Below, one piece after another: positions 1 through 13,900 of a DNA stretch of 64,000 nucleotides. The DNA is from Octopus bimaculoides (taxonomy: Eukaryota). The translations under genes and the position numbers were made by a program. Below the pieces are notes generated by a model. That model did no database searches, was not told where the DNA came from, and saw only the letters and a list, made by a program, of their open reading frames with translations. How positions within the stretch are numbered: the stretch's first letter is position 1; the number at the start of each line of letters is the position of its first letter. The DNA lies in the NCBI RefSeq assembly GCF_001194135.2, contig NC_068989.1, forward strand, positions 41,629,918 through 41,693,917, in the 5' to 3' direction.

Positions 1-1534
1 AACCCATGCCTTCACAGAAGATGGACATTAAATAATGATGATTGATATAAGAAAGTGGAATTTTTTTGGTATTTTTTATCAATAATACCAAACAATTTCC
101 ACTTTCCTGTTTTGTTATACAATAACTCCGCAAATAATATTTCCACAATTCCCAATTTTAATACACATTTTAACTTACAGCAGCTACTATGAATACAATA
201 TAATAATAATAATGTAAATAAGCAGATGTGCTTCAAGAGGAAACAGCCAGGATTTACCTAACTACCTATATCATGTCACACACACACACACACGCACATA
301 CATACATATACACATTCACACCACCATACCATACCATACGTATATATTTGTGTGTACATCAAGAGCAAACTTCATGTATACACAATCTGTTATCATGTAA
401 TAAATAATATCTTTACAGAATTAAAAGGTTTCACCATACACTGACTATAAAAAATAGTCTAACATTAGGGTACATAATTCCCCTTCAAGGATTAAAATGG
501 TCATTATACAAATTTTCACTCTCTATTGTTTTCTCATTCATGCATAATTTGCATATGTCTTTATGCTTGTTAGCTATCTGTAGTTATATGTGTATATATA
601 AAAACACACACACACCAGTCTACTAGACTGACATATATGGACTACAACTAAGAAGACGAGAAAAAACTTGTTGGCTACAAGACTAATTAAACAGAATTGC
701 TTTGCTGACCTCAGAGCTGAACAGCGATAAAAGTTTAGTCATATCAAAACAGAAATGAAAATCATGATTCAAGATGGACAAAAACAATAACAACCAGAAG
801 TGAACTTCACCGAATATAAGAATTTGTGTTGAGAGAGTGATGGAAAACAAAATTCGCATTATCTTAGAATATTACCTTAGAATATTAAATATACAGAAAT
901 GTGTGTATGTGTATATATACAGTTTATAAGGCTTTCATGAATGAATCTGCTTCAAGAATGATAGACAGATTGCTATTTTGAACTAATACTGTTTCTGTTG
1001 CTCAAAATGAATATATATATCTATATAATTTTGTATTTTCTCTTCACTATTATCAGTTTTTAGCAGCTATAAGTAAAAATGAAAATTACTACATACAAAA
1101 CACACACACACACACACACAGAGCAACAGTGTCATGTGCTATTTTAAGGGTGAAGTTACCCTGATATGGTACCATTTCACTAAATACTGTCATTGCAACA
1201 ATGTTATGTTAATTTATCTTTGTAAATAATATAAAATAGATAATACAAAGGCTGTTTCTTTATCCTATCAAACTTGTGATATCATAACAGGTGTCATATT
1301 CTCAATACTGAGATTCCAGTAACAAGGTTTTAACAGTAATTTAGCTGATGTGTTATCTCAGTGAAGAAATTAGATATATAGGACTGACTAAACAACTCAA
1401 AAGCGGTAATGTCATGATAGCAACCAGCAAGCCCTAATAAGGTCAAAATCAATCAATTAAAGACTCATATAAAATGGTCCAGCTTGGCCATAAGACTATG
1501 AAAAACGGTAAAAAATAGACAGAAGAAAAGCTCG

Positions 1535-1990
1535 AATTTCCAAAATACCAATAATGTCAGAATAATCAGTCCATTTTCAGAAATGTTCAAAATGTCAGGA
1601 TATTTTGTAAATTTCCTGAAGTATCAGGAATGTCTGAACAATCTGTTAATTTCCAGAACTATGCAGCATGTTAAAACAATTAGTTGATTCACAGACATAC
1701 CCAGAATGTCAGGACAATCTATTTGTTTCCAGAAACATTCAGGATGTCAGAATGATCTGCCCATTTCCAGAATTATCCAAATTATTAGGACAATCTGTCA
1801 ATTTCCAAAGATATCGAGGATGTCAGAACAAACTATTTTCAGATATATCCAGGATATTTGAACAAACTGCAGATTTTCAGAAATACCCAGGATGTCAGAA
1901 CAATCTGTTAATCGTGAAGGATAACCCTGAATGCCTGGACAATCTGTCCGTTTCCAGAAATACCAAGCATTTCAGAACTATCTTTCCATT
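1535..1990. repeat. Degenerate ~38-bp minisatellite, ~11-12 units
   Basis: Units such as atgtcagaacaatctgttaatttccagaaatatccagg recur from 1554, mostly 38 nt apart (one 34, one 39). Confidence 0.85.
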
Positions 1991-2029
1991 CAACAGTTTT
2001 AGTTGAAACAACTGAATCCTTTTATTTCT

Positions 2030-2260
2030 ACATCCAACATCCCAGCTTTGAAAAGAATTGAAGTGGCCAACATAGACAAGGCCTAACCAGTGTTTATTGT
2101 ATTTAATATGGTTTACAGAGGTTAACTCTCCTGCAAAAACCTTCATTGACCAGTTCTGTATGACCACAGAATGTTCTGCTGACCAGCCAAATGCTTTTTG
2201 GGATCATAACGAACAGTGTGATCAAATGAAGCAAATTCAAACATCATTTTTTTCTCTCTG
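2030..2260 (+). mobile_element. RTE/RTE-X-like LINE 3' ORF remnant
   Basis: Translation PAKTFIDQFCMTTECSADQP resembles the RTE C-terminal GRP-KT-IDQL--DT motif. Confidence 0.5.
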
Positions 2261-3534
2261 AACCTCTGAAACATCAAAGGAGAGGACAGAGGCATTATAC
2301 CGATCATATTTTTTACGAAACTCTGATTCATCTTAGATCCTCCCAAGAAGTTAGAGCTAGTAAGTAAGAGTAGTTCAGGAATACAAGGGGTTAGTGTTCA
2401 AGTCTAGCATATGATGCTAATTTGATCAACAGGGGAAAGCTTGGCCCTAATGAACATTTGATGGTCCAAAGCCTATTCCACAAACACACGTACCCTTAAT
2501 GTAATTCTCAGGCAGAGTCAGCATGACAAGACTGTACCTTTCAATTACGGGTACAATCTGAGGGGCTTCTACAGTTTCCACACACCTAATTTCACTCACA
2601 AAATATGGGGTCAGCATAAGGTTATAGAAAATGAAACCTGCCTGAGATGGCATGCAGTGGACTCAAAACTGAGACCTTAAGACTGCAAAGCAAACTACTT
2701 AACCATTGGCCCATACTGCATATATATATATATATATATATAAAGACAAGGTATAAACAATGGTCAATACATATTTTTCTTTGTTACATTAAATTTGATG
2801 CTGTGTTCTTTACTAAACTAAACAATATTGTTAGCCTGGTGTACTAAGAGAGCTTATAACCCTCACTAATACCCCTGTTATATGTATATGCAAAAAGGAA
2901 AATAAAACTGTAGTTCTTTATTATTAATAATCAGCAGACGTTACAGAGTGACTCAAGCGCTGAAAGTTTTGTGCATTGGCACAACGCACAAAACTCTTGG
3001 CCCTTGAGTCACTCAGTAACTTATGCTGATTATTTAAAAAAATATACACACATATATACACATGCATGTAATCATATTGGTCAGGAGCGTAATAATACAA
3101 AAAGTATATTTAACATAGCTATTTATTTATATCAGGATTGTTTTATTGTTATTTTTTATCAAAGGTTTATAAGTCCAACCTTGATGATAACCTTTCTATG
3201 AAGAAACCATTTCTCCCTATACTACCATCAACTCCACAAAACCTTTTACTCTGTTCTCTACAAACAGATATCTTTCACAGAAATGACTGAAAAAACAGAG
3301 AAAGTATTTATGTGAGCAGCAGGAAGCTGCTCTCATCTCGCATATATATTTCAACAGATTTCTTTTTTTTTTTTGTTTAATAGACATTTGTATAGTTATT
3401 CAAATGCATTTATTTAATTGTAAAGAACTTATTGTATCTTGTTTATCTAAGACTTGACAAGAATGCCGGAACACACACACACACACACACATAAAGGAAG
3501 AAGAAAAGCGATGAGATAAAGAAAGCTGACTGAC

Positions 3535-3870
3535 CTATAGAATGCACTAGTAGTGTGAGGGCGCTAGCTGAAGCTGACTTCTGTAGTTTCACAACATCCT
3601 CGTTACTACCAGAAGTCCTAGTTCTCTCACTATAAGTGGACGGGACCACGCTGGTAGCAGCTTTAGAGGATGCAGTGGTAACTAATGGCGTGCTGTTAGT
3701 TGTGCGTTCTACACTCTCACCGCCAACCAAAGACACTGCAGTGGCTGTTGTTGTGGTGACAGCAGTTGTAGTAGTAGTAGTGGTAGTAGTTGTTGTTGTG
3801 GTGGTTGCCTTACTCCTCCCCGAGCTGGTTCCACTGTCTTTATTGTCAATCTCATCCACTGGAGAGAGTT
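3535..3870 (-). CDS. MAST: MAST exon T (336 nt): (E)LSPVDE...polyThr...[20 protein letters not shown]
   Basis: cttacag / gtcagt; within ORF 3443-3859; LSPV-E and KSASA-AL-L are conserved MAST motifs upstream of the PDZ domain. Confidence 0.9.
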
Positions 3871-4539
3871 CTGTAAGAAGAATAACAAAAGAAATGAAAA
3901 GAAACCCGTCAGTTATAAGAGAAAGAAAGAGGTGGGAGAAACAAAAAAAAGCAGAAAGGAGAAGGGAGGGAGAGAGTCTAAAAGTATGAAACCAACTGAG
4001 CTATTACTTGATCTGCTAAAAATAGCAGTCAGATCTCTCACAAATAAAACCCAGATAGTCTAAAAAAAAAGGGAAGACATTGGATACTGTAGTCCATTAT
4101 ACACTATGCTATATTAAAATATAAAGACACAGGATGATCCTCACTGAAATACCCCTGATTATTGGCTTCGTGGGGAGACATGACCAGAGAAGGAATTCCA
4201 GAGTGCTAAGAGTAGTGTTCAATGTGAAACCTGGTGGGGTTACAAAGACAGAGGGGAATTGGAGGAGAGAATGTAGGGGAGGAACCCAAGAATTATGTGG
4301 ATGGATGACTTGAAATACTGTGAAAGCATAAGGTGATCACAGGAGCATCTAAGATAGGAGCAGCTGGTATTAAATCTGCTTGAAAGTAGATGATAATACC
4401 CGATGAAGATGATGTTATGTGGACTGTAATATCACTGGTCAAGCATTGGTGTACTAACCTTTGGAAGGAGGAATATCGGCGTCACATGCAGTCGAGATAG
4501 AGAATTTGGGTATCTGTTGCTGCTGCTGCTGTTGTTGTT

Positions 4540-4570
<31 letters not shown>

Positions 4571-4900
4571 TTGCTGGGTTTGTGGCGTGCTTGATGACAA
4601 GGAAGACTTTGTTGTGCTCGTAGTCTTTTCTGTCTCGCAAACCTGAGCTGGCTGTTCACTGTAAGACCAAAAAAAAACAGAAAGAGATTAAAACCCAGCA
4701 AACACACACACACAAAAGAAGAAGACAATATATATATATATATATATATTGAAAAACAATTTGAAAATCCTACACGACTAGGTGAAAAGCGCTTTATTTA
4801 ATATGTGACATTAATAAAAATCTGTAAATGTACAAACGTCCAGATTTCTGAGTACCTTAATTTTTTTCTATATAATTTCTGTACATCACCTCCAAACCTT

Positions 4901-4953
<53 letters not shown>

Positions 4954-7900
4954 TACGTACACACACACATTATATAAGTAATCAAAAGAATATATACTAT
5001 AAGAATATCTATAACAAAACAACTACAACATCTGTTTAATAATGCCACAGCTAATGTTTAAGAGACAAGAAATTCATTTTGTAAAATGTAGTTAATTATT
5101 TATCAAAAATTAATTCAAAAGAAAGCTCCCATTTAACTGTTTTATAACACACAAACACACACATGTAAACACAAACATGTACACAGAGACTCAAATTTTA
5201 TGCTGTTGTTAATAATTTCAAGTGTTTATGAAAATAGTAATAATAATTGTTTTTGTTTAGGCACAAGGCCTTGAATTTGCGAGGAGGGAGAGGGTTAGTC
5301 AATTAAATCATCTCTTGTACTTGATTGGTACTTTATTTATCAACCCCAAAAAGATGAAAGGCAAAAGTGACTCAGAACATGGAGGGCCTGAACAGAAGCT
5401 ACAAGGCATTTTGTCTGATGCTCTACTTATTCTGCCAACCCACCTCCATATATATATAATAAATAATTTAGAATTTTGGCACAAGGCGATCAATTTTTTG
5501 TGGGAAAGAGCAAGTTGATTACATCAACCCCATTACTTGACTGGTACTTTATTTTATTGACCCCAAAAAGGGCAAATGGCAATGCTGACCTTGACAGGAT
5601 TTGAGCCCAGAAAGTAAATGATTTTGCCAGTTTGCCACCTTATGATGATGACAATAATAATCCTTTCTGCTAAAGGCACAAGGCCTGAAACTTTTGGAGA
5701 GGGGACCAGTCGATTACATCAAGTCCAATGTTTCACAGGTACTTAATTTATCGACTCTAAAAGGATGAAAGGCAAAATCGATCTTGGTGGAATTTGAACT
5801 CAGAACATAAAGATGGAGAAAATGCTGCTAAGCTAACAATTCTGCCAGCTCACTGCCTTAATAACGATGATGATGATGATGATGATGATGATGATATACC
5901 ATGCCCGGATGCAGTACCAGGCAGTGGCTCTCATAGCTTCTGATCTTAATTGATTGGAAGTGTTATCATGTACATTGTTTTGTCTTGGTATAAAAGATGG
6001 GCTACAGCAAATATTCTGCTCAATACCACAGATTTGCTTGTCAGGTCGTGGTTTCTGATTTAGGCACAAAGCCAGTAAGTGAAAAAGGAGAGGATTTGCT
6101 GATCCATCAACCCCAGTACATGACTGGCATTCCATCTTACTGATCTAAGGGGGATGAAGGGCAAAGTATACCTTGGCAGGATTTGAACTCAGAAGGTAAA
6201 TAACTGGATGAAATAACACAAGGTATTTTGTCCATCTCACTGCATTTAATCCTTTAGCATTCACATTATTCTGTCCCATGTAATGTTTATTCATTGACAT
6301 GTTTTGTAGGGTTGGTGTGGGAGGCCACGTTTGGCCATTTTGAACATAAAGTAGGAAGAATATTTGGGTTGGATATGACTTGTTTAAATACTAAAGGATT
6401 AAACAATGGTGTTTTGATGTAGGCATAAGACCAGCAATTTGGAAAGGCAGGGAGGGGGTTAGCTGATTACACCAATCCCCATTGCTTGAATGGTACTTTA
6501 TTTCATCCATCAAAAAAGGATGAAATGTGAAGTTAACCTCAGTGGGATTTGAACTCAGAACGTAAATAGCCAAAACAAATACTGCAAGGTATTTTGTTCA
6601 ATGTTCTAGCAATTTTGTCAATTCAACACACACACAATAGAGAAAGCAAAAGCAAAGTGAAGGAGTTTTTTTGTCAAACAGCATAATCTCAATAGACAGA
6701 AAATATCAAAGAAGACAAATTTAGATGTAGAAAACTGATAGTAAAAAGCCAACACCTAATGAAGCAGATTCACCAAGAAAAATTATTGGTTTAAAATGAA
6801 GCAATCTGATTCATCAACAAGAAAAGTTATTGGTTTATAATAGAAATAAACAACAAACATTAAATAAATATAACAAAACTAGCAACCCACATAGATGCAA
6901 CGAAAAGAAAACAAAAAAAAAAAAAATCATGGCCAAACAGAAAATATTAATGCATAAATTTTGAAGCCAATTTTTCTTCAAGAAACTAGAATTTTGCTTA
7001 GATGTTACTGCTAAGATAGAAAACACAAGAAAAATAAAAGCTTGAGAAGAGGCAAAAACAGAAAAAATTGCATATTCTTGAATGGCTACAGGGGATGCAA
7101 TGATTCTTTTCCATGGCAACAACAGATATAGGGAACAATAGTGCTTACATAGAGCTGATGATACCAATTTTATAAGAAAGTAAACTCCACTGACTTCAGA
7201 TCTCACAAAAATAAAAGATAAGCATTTCAGAATCACTTGAAGATGAAAAGTAAATTCACTACAGTGTATTTAGGACATAAATTATAATATATAAATATAA
7301 TACTCTACTAAATTTGAGATGTTTTATTTCACTGATTAATCACAAAGTATTTTCTTTAATATTTTAAATATGCTGTTACTTAAGTATATTAATATTAGGT
7401 ACAGGAGTGGCTGTGTGGTATGAAGCTTGTTTCCCAACCACATGGTTCCGGATTCAGTCCCACTGTGTGGCACCTTGGGCAAGTGTCTTTTACTATAGCC
7501 TTAGGCTGACCAAAGCCTTATGAGTGGATATGGTAGGCAGAAATTGAAAAGAACCATGTCGTGTGTGTGTATATATATATATATATGTACGTATTTGTGT
7601 GTCTATGTTTGTCTTCATCACCATTGCTTGATAACTGATGCTGGTGTGTTTATGTGCCCGTCACTAAGCGATTCGGCAAAAGAAACAGCTAGAATAAGTA
7701 TTAAGCTAACAAAGAATAAGTCCAGGGGTTGTTTCCAGCACAGCCACAATCAAATGTTTGAAACAAGAAATATATATACACACACACAGATGTGTATGTA
7801 TATACATACATACACACACACACACAGATATATCTTATAAAGATTAAATATGTATATAAAACCCTTCAGTTTTCCCAAGATATTTTTCCTTTTCAATAAA

Positions 7901-10900
7901 TTCATTCTAATCAATGAAAATTATCAAAAAAACTTATCAAATATTTAATTATCAACAAATTTTATAACACAGAAACTAAAATTTGGACAAATGAATTATG
8001 GATTGAAGAATATTTCAAGGTAAAGATAATTATGGAGCTGAATCTGTAATACTTTTTCTCAAAGAGTTGGGAGAAGAAATTTAATTGGAAAGGAATGGTG
8101 GAGTGTGCAGGGGAAGAGATGGAAGCATGAAGCTGGCAGAGACAATAGCAGCAGCAGACTAACGTACCAATCTATGGCAGCAGTAAAGATATCATCATCT
8201 CGCAGTGTGAGTTCTAACCTGCTACTTGAACTGGATATGTCTAGCAGACTGTCTCCATAACTGCTCCCTGTACTGTTAATTCGGAGGACACGTTGTACTT
8301 CTATTGAGCTCTCAGAACTTTCTGACTGATTGGAATCTTTCCGGTCAAGAACTTGTTTCTCCAGCAAACGTGTTCGAATTTCATCTGAGCTAGAGTGTCG
8401 CCTTCGATCTTTCCGCTCCTACAAGAATAGTTATAAAAGACACAAATTCATGAAAAAAGAAACAAAAAAACCCACTACAAATAAAATGCTTATTAAACAT
8501 TACAAAAATAAAATCTAATCAGATAACAACAGATGGAAATAGGGAAATGTGAATGAAGTCGTTGCCATCATCATTTAAAGTCTTTGTTCCATACTGGCAT
8601 GGATTGAATGGTTTGACAGCTGGATGTCCTTTTTAATGCCAACCACTTCATAATGTATGCAGGATGTTTTACTTATGCCATCAGCATTAGCGAGGTAGCT
8701 ATGTAGCTTGCAAGACTACAAACTCTTAGAGAGGTGGCTTTAAATGTGATGATGATGGGGTTAAAGTAAGAGAGAAGAGGCCAGAAGAAAATAGATCTCT
8801 TGTAGAGGGATCACAAGGCTATTTTACTTACATTTTAGAAGAGGTCAGAGGGGAAAGTATTAGGGTGGGGGGAAGGAAAGAGATAAAAACAGCAGCGATG
8901 AGGCACCCGTACGCACCTTTCATGATACAAGGCGAGTAGAACTGAATGAAGACAGAAGAACTAGGAGTGTGAAGGTTGTATGAGTAAATGGGAGAGTGAT
9001 AGATAGGAAATGGGTGAAGTGGCAAAGATAATGAATGAAGAACAAGTAGGGGAGGCAGGGAAGAAGAGGGGTGACTGATGACGATGAAGTGGGTAAGAAA
9101 GTAAAAGGTGTTCATATATGATTTGAGATTCACCAATTCTAACAAGAAAAACAATATATTTCCCTCAGGTCCCAGGATTTCTTTTATTCTGTTTGAAATA
9201 TCTAACTTTATTTCGTACAGTTGAAAACAGAGGAAATAGTCGTAATGTTTATAACCACTGATTAAATAACTATACAGGAACAGGCAAAAGGTTAAATCCT
9301 TAAATTATTCAATGATGTGGTTGTTCTGGTTAGCTGACAAAGTTGAAATATTGAACACTGCGCTTACCTCTTGAGAATCCTCCAGTTTCAAACTGAGTTT
9401 GTTGTACCGTGGAGAACAAGATGAGAAGCTGTGAAACATGATGTCATCTGTATCATCTTCCGTGTCCTCAGTTTCCAGGTCAGGGTGGCTATAGCGGTCA
9501 GTTCGGGCTAGAAAAGAAGAACAACAGCAGCTGATTAAACCATCCACAACTATATTCAACATATACTGGATAACTCTAAACTAAACATCTGGTACTAACT
9601 AAATAACAAAGTTTAAGTTATCTAAATATTACCTTGCTTAGAAACAGATAAGCGTTGGCAGCAGGAAGAGCATCCAACAGTAGAAAATCTGCCTCAAATT
9701 CCGTCAGACCCATCTAAGCCATAGAAAAGCAGCTGTTAAATGATGATGATGAAAGTGTCAATACTCACTATCAAAGTAGCTTGTGTCCTCTTCACTGTCT
9801 AATTGTGGAACAAACTCAGCTTTCTGCCGTAACAATCCATCCCAGTCTACACTCTGGAAGAATTCATGTTCTTTCACTTGGTGGGCACCACCAGAGCCAA
9901 TACGCTCCCTTGGATTATTCCTGAGCAGTTGAGTTATTAAATCTTTAGCTTCATCCTGCACTTTCAATTCTTTCTCTGGTGGCCATTCAAATTGTTCTGA
10001 AATAGATTATGAAAACGAGAAATAATTAGATGTTTATAAATATTTACGAATAGACACAGGAGTGGCTGTGTGGTAAGAACTGACTAAATCTCCATACTGC
10101 AAAATTACTGGTCTTGTGCCAAAGTTAGAAACAAAGTTAGTTACTAATGTGACCCATGGAGTAGTAGTAGTAGTGGATGAAATGTAAAGTTGATCCTGGC
10201 AAAATTTGAAATCAGTCATGGAAAAATGAACAAAAATAAATCAATCAATATTCTATTCAGGTCATAAAAGTATGAAAATTGGGGTCAATGTTTTGATTAT
10301 TTGGTGAGCTGATATATCTACAGGTGTTATTAACCGTATTTAATTGAGCTGATATATCTGTAGAAGGTGTTATTAACCCTATTTAATTGGAGAAGAGGTA
10401 TTGTGAGAATCATGCTATCCCAGGGGAATCATCAATATAACTGAAATAATTATATTCAAAGAAATTTGCTGGATTCTTTAATGACTTCTAAACTACCGAC
10501 AATACTGATAGGAAATGGAAGCACAGAGGTAGCCGTGAGGTTAAGAAGCTTGCTTCCCACCCATGTGAAGTTCAGTTCCAATGTGCAGTTACATGGCAAA
10601 TTTCTTCTACTGTAGCTCCAGGTTAATCAAAGCTTATTAAGTAGATGTGTGCGATAGATGAAAACTGAAAGAAGCCCATCATGTGTGAGAGTGTGTGCGT
10701 GCGTGTATGTGTGTGTGTGTGTACCCTTGTCTAGGAGTCATGTGATGGTTGTCAACAAGCTTCAATGCCATTCAAGCTATGTTGTTTGTTTCCAGATTTC
10801 TGTGGAAAAACATGTCTGACCACAGAGAAATATTACCTGACTTGGAAACAGTGACAGTTGGCAAGAAAAAGGGCATCCAGCCATAAAAATTCTGCCTCAA

Positions 10901-13900
10901 CGAATTCCATTTGATTCAAGCAAGAATGGAGAAGTGGATGCTTAAAACAATGATGAAGCACAGATATTGTAAATCTCAGAGGAATGGTTAACAAAAATAA
11001 TGACAACTAACTATACATACATATATATATATATGTCTGTTGTTTCCTCTTTCTCAAGGTATTAACCATTTAGCATTTAAACTAGCTACACCCAACCCAA
11101 ATATGCCACTTGTTATATGTTGTAACCAGCCAGAATGCAGCCTATCACACTTACCCATCAATGCCATTTTAAAAATATACAACCACATCATCAAAATTTC
11201 AAAGCTATGAGATAATACATGATGAATTAAAATACAAGGTAGATTAAAAAGCATTACATTTGACAGTATAATCTGAATGTTAAAGAGTTAAAGATTTCAA
11301 TAGCTAGATTACTGAGTACTTTGATCATGTGATTCCCTGACATGTAACTAAAATTCTCAACTATGAAAAAAAAAAAACCCAGAACAAAAGATAATATTGA
11401 GAACACACCATTGATGACTTGGGAAAAGAGGATTTCCGGTGTTTTCCCGAAAAAAGGAACATATCCAGTTAGAAACTCGAATAGGATTATCCCCATTGAC
11501 CACCAATCAACAGGTTTTCCTGAAATTAAAGAAACAAAAAAACAATTTTAATTAAAGAACAGAAAAACAAACAAACATTTCTTTGACTACATTACCTAAC
11601 ATAGCCTTCCATTCGTAACACTGTAGGCTGTGATACCAGAAAGAGTTTCTCATTTAAAGCATGATTATTTTTGATTTGTTCAGACATGTAATTAGGGATA
11701 AGGGTGGAAGTTTTTATAAACCTATATGATGCAAAGCAGGAAAATGTTTTTGTTTAGCTCTCTGTAGTCAGTCTTAATCAAGCAGGTCTATGATCTAAGG
11801 TATTTCAGTTATGATCATCCCATCTTTCTAGGGTATTTAAGATTATGTTATCTAATGTGTCTTTTCTTTCATAGGATGGTGCGCATTATGATTTGAATGA
11901 AATTTGGCTGCTATTTTTACCAAGCCAAGCGACCACATAGAAGTTGCCTTGTTGGCTTGACAAACAAGTTTCATTAGCCAGAAGTGATGAGTTAAAATCC
12001 TCCTAAATGTTTTTGTCTTGTCCTAACAAGGGAAATGTCACGGAACCATTTAAGAGAACAATGTAACAAGTATGACACTTGGTTAAGTAAAGCCAGTGGT
12101 AGTGATAGCTTTAAGTAGGCAATGGTGTTAGGAGTTCTAGTAATCAGTACAGCTACATCTAAGAGGAGAAAGGAAAAAAAAAGAAAATAAGCCACAAAAA
12201 CAAACAAAACTGTTATAATAGTTTAGTTTAAAGGATTAGTGGAGACGGTGAAAAATTTTAATTCTACTCACCATAACCTTGCCTTAAGATGACCTCAGGC
12301 GCAATGTATTCTGGAGTGCCAAATACTTGTTTGTCTTTGAATTGTTTACAATCTTTATCAATAGCTCCTTCGTACATATTTGTAGTCACTAGATGAAGAT
12401 ATAAAAAGAAATAGTTAGGAGTGGATTAGAAATGAGAAGCACACAAATAAAAGAATAATAAAATTTAATCCTAAATTTCAATTTTTTTTTGTATTTTAAA
12501 AGAATAGGAAAACTGTTTTGTTTCTTAATACTCTTTTTCCCGCCATATCAGCATTGGTTGTTTAGATGGGGATGTCATTTGAAACAGGTTTTACTAACTG
12601 GATGCTCTTCCTATTGCCAGGTCATTGAAAGAGCAGAGTAACTGGTCATAATGTCAACAAGGGATGTTAAAACCAACACTGATTTGCATGGAATATAATC
12701 ACATATGCACCCACATAGACATAGTGGGCTTCCTGCAATTTCCATCTACTAAGTGTGCTCACATGGCATTGGTTGGCCTCAGGCTGTATTAAATGTCAAA
12801 GTGCCTCACAATGAAGTAGGACTCAACTTGAAACCACATGGTTGTAAAGCACACTTCTTAACCACTACATAGCCACACCTACATTTATATATACAAAGGG
12901 GTTGTTAAAAAGTTCCTGGTTTAAAAGGTATTGCAAAAGGCCTGGTTGGGGGCCCAACTGTTTGAGTTCTTTTACAGGCTATAGAAACAGTGAAGGGCCG
13001 CTGCATAATTGTGTGAATCTGAGAGGGGAATATGTTGAATAAAATCATAATTAACTAATCCTTCCATGTTTTCTTTTATCCAAAGCCAGCAACTCTTTAG
13101 CAACCACTCGTATAGTTTTTTCTTTTATATTTAAAATATGTGTGATAAATTTAAATAAATTTTAGAATTTTTAAAGCATGATAATAATATAATTTGTAAA
13201 AAGTGTCTCAATAGTTGATGCTGAAATGTCTTGGTGGTCAGAGAGAAAAGGGATAATTAGGAAGAAATGTCCAGCCTGGCTTTATAGGCTCTTTCAGTGG
13301 AACTCCAAGATTATAATAAAGAATCTACCTAAATATTTTATGGTGAGAAACTGGATGTTACAATGATGCTTTTCTTAAGATTTGTATATTTTTGTAAGCT
13401 GTATATAATGTTATGGCATAACAACACAACAAATAAATTCAAAGTTTAATATACTTGAATATCAACTAGGATTTTTGTTACTAATTGCATTATAAGACTT
13501 TACTATATTGTTGGTGGAAACGACAACACAGATGGAAGATTTTATTAAACAAGAATGACCAATAAATACTTACAGCTCATCAAACCAACTTTAGATAAAC
13601 CAAAATCTGTTAGTTTTATATGTCCTGTGGCAGTGATCAACAAACTGGAAAAGAAAGTATTTGGTGAGAGATGTGTCTAATTTTACAAACTGACTGCAGG
13701 ACAATAAACCTTGAAATATATGAGCAATAAAATAATAAATGAGGCTACAGCAGTACAATCTATAACTTTCTTCAGAATAGAAATTTTATCTTTGTACTTT
13801 TATGTAACACATGACTTAAGCTTCAATATTAACTGTCAATCAAATCCTTTTGAATTGTAGAATAGCAACAAATGTAATTCCACTCATGTCAGCCTCTTGA

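Noticed and set aside
1535-1990. Regularly spaced repeats as a CRISPR-like array or a repeat protein (ORF 1668-2006)
   Set aside because: Contiguous degenerate tandem units with no unique spacers, a period not divisible by 3, and a eukaryotic intron context.
1-3534. Search for the next MAST exon(s) leading to the PDZ domain
   Set aside because: No GF-L-AIRVY or HVNGE-like motif found on the minus strand; ORF 2447-2653 has no PDZ features. These exons probably lie beyond the window.
3636-4728. Plus-strand poly-Val ORF (3636-3989), poly-Cys ORF (4461-4646) and poly-Ser/Asn ORF (4432-4728)
   Set aside because: Antisense or alternative-frame shadows of the polyThr and polyGln MAST exons.
9633-9713. 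81-nt cryptic exon (ttag|ATG...AAG|gtaata) inside an RTE-tailed repeat between exons P and Q; it has a stop in the MAST frame, so it resembles a poison exon
   Set aside because: The upstream intron would be only 55 nt and the donor is simply part of the repeat consensus; no support without RNA data.
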